Shown here one piece after another: positions 59,271 to 64,000 of a DNA stretch of 64,000 nucleotides; positions within the stretch are counted from its first letter, which is position 1, and each line of letters begins with the position of its first letter. Source of the DNA: Felis catus (lineage: Eukaryota). The notes under the pieces are model-generated. The model was not told where the DNA came from. It was given only the letters and a program-made list of their open reading frames with translations, and made no database searches. A program made the translations under genes and the position numbers. The DNA lies in NCBI RefSeq assembly GCF_018350175.1, contig NC_058381.1, positions 2,232,001-2,296,000 of the forward strand. The letters run 5' to 3'.

Positions 59271-62254
59271 CGCCGCCCCCACACCCCCTTCTGCCTGTTC
59301 TCGGAAAGCGGGGGCTGTTTGCCCCAGAAGCTGCTCTTGGCCCTCCTCTGACTGATTGGGAATCCGGGAACGAGGGTTCTGGAAAGCTCCCTCCCTTTGG
59401 AGTGGCGACCACATCAGTCAGCCTGCTGGCATGCTATCCCTCCATTTAACATTGTGAAGCCTTGGCCTCCCACAGAGGCCTCCCTCCTGCCAAGATCAAG
59501 TAAACCTGCTTTTCGGTGGCCTCCGCCCGGGCCTGGCCTCTGTCTACAACTGGGGAGGGCAGAGGGGGGACGGGAGACTCGGTGTAGCACAAGGGTCCTC
59601 AACTGGGTGGGGGGTGGATTTCACACCCCAAGAGGCGTTCGGCAACATCCGGAGACATTTTTCATTGCTTCGATCGGGGGATGTGCTACTGACCTTTAGG
59701 GGGTACACACGAGCAATGCCGCTGGCACCTTATGATGAACGTGGGCGTCCTCTGCGACACAGAGTTGATCTGCCCGACACCTCCGTCGTGTGTGGTTCAG
59801 AGACCCTGGCGTTTAGTCCGCTGGCTATCAGGAGCTTTGGGTTGGGTAGATGGACGAGGAAACGTAAAAAGAGAGGCCGGTCGCCAACCCCAAGTCTCCG
59901 TCGGAGGGGCTGGGCCTGGAAGGGATCCTGACACACACCTAGCCCGGTGGTTTTCAAACTGGGTATCTAGAGGCTCCAGGGCAAAGGTTCTCATCCGGCT
60001 GCACATCGAAGTCACCTGGGCCTTAGGTCCAGAGATTCTGAATTTAGCGGTGTGAGGTGGGGCCTCAGTGAATCTAACTTACAACCAGCCAGGGCTAGCA
60101 CCGTTGTTTTTGGGGTGTCCATAAGGGTCCTGGGGATGGGGAGGTGCCTACTCCTTCTAGGAAAGTACATTCGATATTATTTTACACATTCTGGTCCAAT
60201 CCTTNNNNNNNNNNNNNNNNNNNNNNNNNNNNNNNNNNNNNNNNNNNNNNNNNNNNNNNNNNNNNNNNNNNNNNNNNNNNNNNNNNNNNNNNNNNNNNNN
60301 NNNNNNNNNNNNNNNNNNNNNNNNNNNNNNNNNNNNNNNNNNNNNNNNNNNNNNNNNNNNNNNNNNNNNNNNNNNNNNNNNNNNNNNNNNNNNNNNNNNN
60401 NNNNNNNNNNNNNNNNNNNNNNNNNNNNNNNNNNNNNNNNNNNNNNNNNNNNNNNNNNNNNNNNNNNNNNNNNNNNNNNNNNNNNNNNNNNNNNNNNNNN
60501 NNNNNNNNNNNNNNNNNNNNNNNNNNNNNNNNNNNNNNNNNNNNNNNNNNNNNNNNNNNNNNNNNNNNNNNNNNNNNNNNNNNTGCCAAGTTCTTACAAC
60601 CTGCCCAAGATCATACAACAAGTCACGTCCATTCATCTGACGGACGCTTAGCGAGTACGCGTCGGGCGCCAGGCAGCGTCACTGCCCAGCCTGGGGTGAG
60701 AAGGCACGACTGCCGACCGCCCGGGGAACCACGGCCCCCTCGGGTCTGCAGCAGCCCTTCCCTAGCCCTTCTTGCCTGTGGAATACAATAGGCCTGGCCC
60801 TTGACCCTGACTTTCAAGACTCTCCATCAGCAGCTCCCCACGTCTTACTTGGTCCTCGTGCCAGAGCTCACCCATCTTGGCCCTAAGTGGAATCTCCACC
60901 CGAACGCCCCACGAGCCTGTCGGAGTCACGAGTCCAAACCCACCTTCCTCCCCGACCCCGCCTCCTCCTCGTGACCTCCCTCTGGGCTAATGGCGGTGCC
61001 GGGACGAAGGGACATCCCCTTCCTCTCCCGCCGCCTGCCTGCTTCTCATCAGTAAGCCGTCCACCTTCGTAATCCTTTTTGGAATCTGGCCCCCATGTGT
61101 CCCCGGAGCTTTATCTCAGCTCTGCCCGCCCCGCAGCCCCGCTGAATCACTTGCCCACTTTGTTTTCCTTGCCTCTGCCCAGGCTTGTTCCTGTAACCGG
61201 GATGCCCTTCTCCTTTGGCTCCGACATCACCTCTTCTGAGAAGCCTTCTCGGAGCTCCTGAGGCAGAGTAGAATGTCCCTTCTCCAGACATCTGTCATGG
61301 GGCGCCAACGTCAGGTGGGGGGGGGGTTCCTTAAAAATCTTCCCTCTCAACCATGTGCTACCCTATAAAGCTGCTACCTGAAGTTTTGTCTCTGCTTCCC
61401 CAGAACCGGGCCCGCGGTGACAGCAGGAAGCATCTCTAGCCATCTTGATCCCTCCTCTTCTGAACCTTGGTGACACCCCCCCCCCCCCGCACATGAGTTT
61501 TTCATGAACTTGTGACACAGGAGGCCGGCGGGGCTGGTGTTTTCTGTGCAGGGAAGGCCGACGGCCTGCCAGGGCAAGGCTGGTTCTTCTGAGCCCCTCA
61601 CAAAATAAGAGGGGCCACGAGGGCTCTGGCAGTTTTAAACCACGGACCCTAAAGCCTTTGACATGCCTCCTCCATCAAGAGGTAGGGTCTCTGTAGCCTT
61701 CCCTTGAAGGTGGGCTCTACGACGGGTTGACCAACCGAATGAGGCAAAGTGAACTGGGCCACTCCCTGGGCCAAGGCCTTGAGAAACTGGCAACTTCTGC
61801 CCTCTGCCTCTGAGGACATTCACTCTGAAAGCCAGTGACCATGCTGTGACGATGTGCAGGCTACAGGGAGAGTCCACCCTGCGGCGGAGGGGGGGGCGGG
61901 TTTCAGTCAAAAGGCAATATCTTCTGCTACCACGGGAGCGATAATACAGCCCCCAGCTGTCAGGTCACCTGCAGACTTTGCGTTTTTCCAACGATGGCCC
62001 CAGACCCAGTAGGGCAGAGAACTTGTCCCCACCTTGTCCTCTTGGAGTTCCAGACTCTCAGAGCCCAGGAGCGTGATCAAGTGGTTGGTTCAGGCCACTA
62101 GATATCACTACTCAGCAGTCGAGGACAGTGGGGACAGAAGAAAGGAGCCTGGGACTGGGCACCTAAGGGCCTCACGACACAACTGGCTGTGTCACCATCT
62201 AGCTACGTGCAGGAGAAACATCACTCACCAGCTTCAGCCTTAGTCTTCCTACCA

Positions 62255-62900
62255 GTGTGGAGCCCGATGCAGGGCTTGAACTCATGAACTGTGAGTTCAT
62301 GACCCGAGTGGAAACCAAGAGTCGGTTGCTTAACTCTTGAGCCACCTGGGCGCCCCCCTACCTGCAAAGTCAATGTTAATGGTGGCTAATGTACGGAGAC
62401 GATGTGTCAGCCACAGCCAGTTAGCTAAAGCTGTGTAACAAATGATGCCAAAGGTTAATTGTCTAAGGCAATAAACATCATCTCATAGTTTCTGTGGGTC
62501 AGAAATTCGGGAGAAGCTTCCCCGGGTGGTTCTGGCTCATGGTTTCCCATGAGGGTGCTTCAAGACGTCCATCAGGGTTGCGGAAGTCTAGGGTTTGACC
62601 GGGGCCGGAGGATCATGTCTCAAGATGTCTCACTCACGTGCCTGGCAGGTTGGCGTTGGCTTGTTGGCAAGAGGTCTCAGTCCTTTGACTTGCGGAGCCC
62701 CTCCACAGGACTGCTTGAGCGTCCTCATGACCTGGTGCCTCGGTTCCCCCAGAGCGAGGGGTCCAAGAGAGCGGGGCAGAATCCTCGCAGTCTCGTACGA
62801 GGTCACTCGGAAGCCACACACCATCCTTTCTGCGACATCCCTCTGATGCCACAGAGGAGCCCTTGTCACTGTGGGAAGGCACCGCATTCAACAGTGCTGG
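62255..62900. mobile_element. Short Can-SINE (- 62255-62358) followed by an MLT1-type LTR fragment (about 62420-62900)
   Basis: SINE head motif; gctgtgtaacaaat...tctcatagtttctgtgggtcagaaatt MLT1-like motif. Confidence 0.6.
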
Positions 62901-64000
62901 TGCCGGGAAGGAGTTTCATCGGCAGCCGCTTGGCTACCGGCTGGCGACCACCCAGCTGTGTAGACACAGCTAATTCTCCGATGACACCGAAGGTACGTAC
63001 TGCAAACAGATACATCTCGAAGAGGAGGACACAGAGGGACAGAAATGGGAAGTAACATGCTCAGATTCACAGGGGGGTAAGTGATAGAGTCACAAGATGC
63101 CAACTCAGGTGGTCAGGCTCCCAAGGCGGGGTCTAAGCTACCATGACCCTGAAGACAGACCTTCACCTCCTCTGTGACCCGGAAGGAACAGGGTGGATCC
63201 AGGACCGCTTCCACTCCAGAAAGCCAACCAACAGACGCGTACAGGGTGGTGGGCTGGTGACTCCAAAAACTAGCAAGACAAATGCAGCCTGGGAAGGATG
63301 GGACCTGGGGATGGGGGGATGGAACGGGAGGGTTTCACCCAAGGGTCTAGGGAGAGCCAAACTTGGGGGCCCAAACAGTGAGGAAGCAGGGACGGGTGGA
63401 CCAGAGAATGCTTACGGTGAGGTCTGGGCACTCCTGTCCCCATCACTACCAGCAAAGGAGCTCTTGGCGTCAAAAAGTCTCCTTGGCCTCACCCTACCCA
63501 GATGGCATTGTCTCACCCACTTGTTCAACAAAGGTTACTGAGCACTTATTGTACGAGCCCAGGCACAGGACTGGGCAAGAGGGACGTGGCAATACCCAGG
63601 CGAGATAAAGTCCTTTTCTACCTGGAGCTTGGAATCTAGCAAGGGAGACAGACAAGTTACCGGCAAATTCTACAAGAACAACGAGTACGATGATGGGAAG
63701 GCGCAGGGATCTTGGGGTTCGGGGGAAGGGAGCAGATCAGGGAGGGACAGGCTTCCTGCGCTCAGCCAGAATGGGATAAGGGCGGGAGGACTTCCAAGCA
63801 GAGGGAAGAGCCACACAAAGGCTCTGAAGAGAGGTGATTTCCCTCGTCGAGAGGTTGGCGTGGGTAAGGCGGAAGGGGAGAGCCCAGTGACTTCAAAGAT
63901 CAGGGCAGGAAAGTGGGAGCTAAGGGGGAGCGAACGTGGTTCCCCAAAGGAGAGGGGAGTTTTCCGCAGACGGATGGGCCCTACCCCCGACCCGAGCCCA

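Noticed and set aside
60584-64000. Possible next syntenic gene (TNK1)
   Set aside because: No kinase motifs or convincing exons; the region looks like intergenic DNA with old repeats.

Overview
GC-rich, gene-dense mammalian genomic DNA from a feliform carnivore (dozens of tRNA-derived Can-SINE/SINEC_Fc-type elements), syntenic with human 17p13.1. Gene order, rebuilt by hand from GT-AG exon boundaries: YBX2 exon 1 (-), EIF5A (+, start codon in an N-gap), GPS2 (-, 327 aa), NEURL4 (-, 29 exons, 1561 aa), an unnamed intron-containing protein phosphatase-1 inhibitor-2 (PPP1R2/I-2)-like gene (+, about 515 aa model), ACAP1 (+, 22 exons, 740 aa), KCTD11 (+, single coding exon, AUU-initiated long form) and TMEM95 (+, 7 exons, 176 aa). 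The most interesting items are: (1) the apparently intact I-2 paralog, head-to-head with NEURL4, with CRE and TATA promoter elements; (2) an alternative EIF5A first exon resembling the human isoform-A mitochondrial-targeting extension, inside an NRF1-site cluster; (3) a homotypic cluster of TTTRCGRC motifs upstream of NEURL4; (4) a NEURL4 poly(A) signal that overlaps a CCAAT box in the GPS2 promoter; (5) SINE insertions that re-used the same target site. Gene identities rest on remembered orthologue sequences; no database search was run. Most of the supplied ORFs are GC-rich or SINE artefacts. There are three assembly gaps (16330-16597, 18427-18583, 60205-60583).
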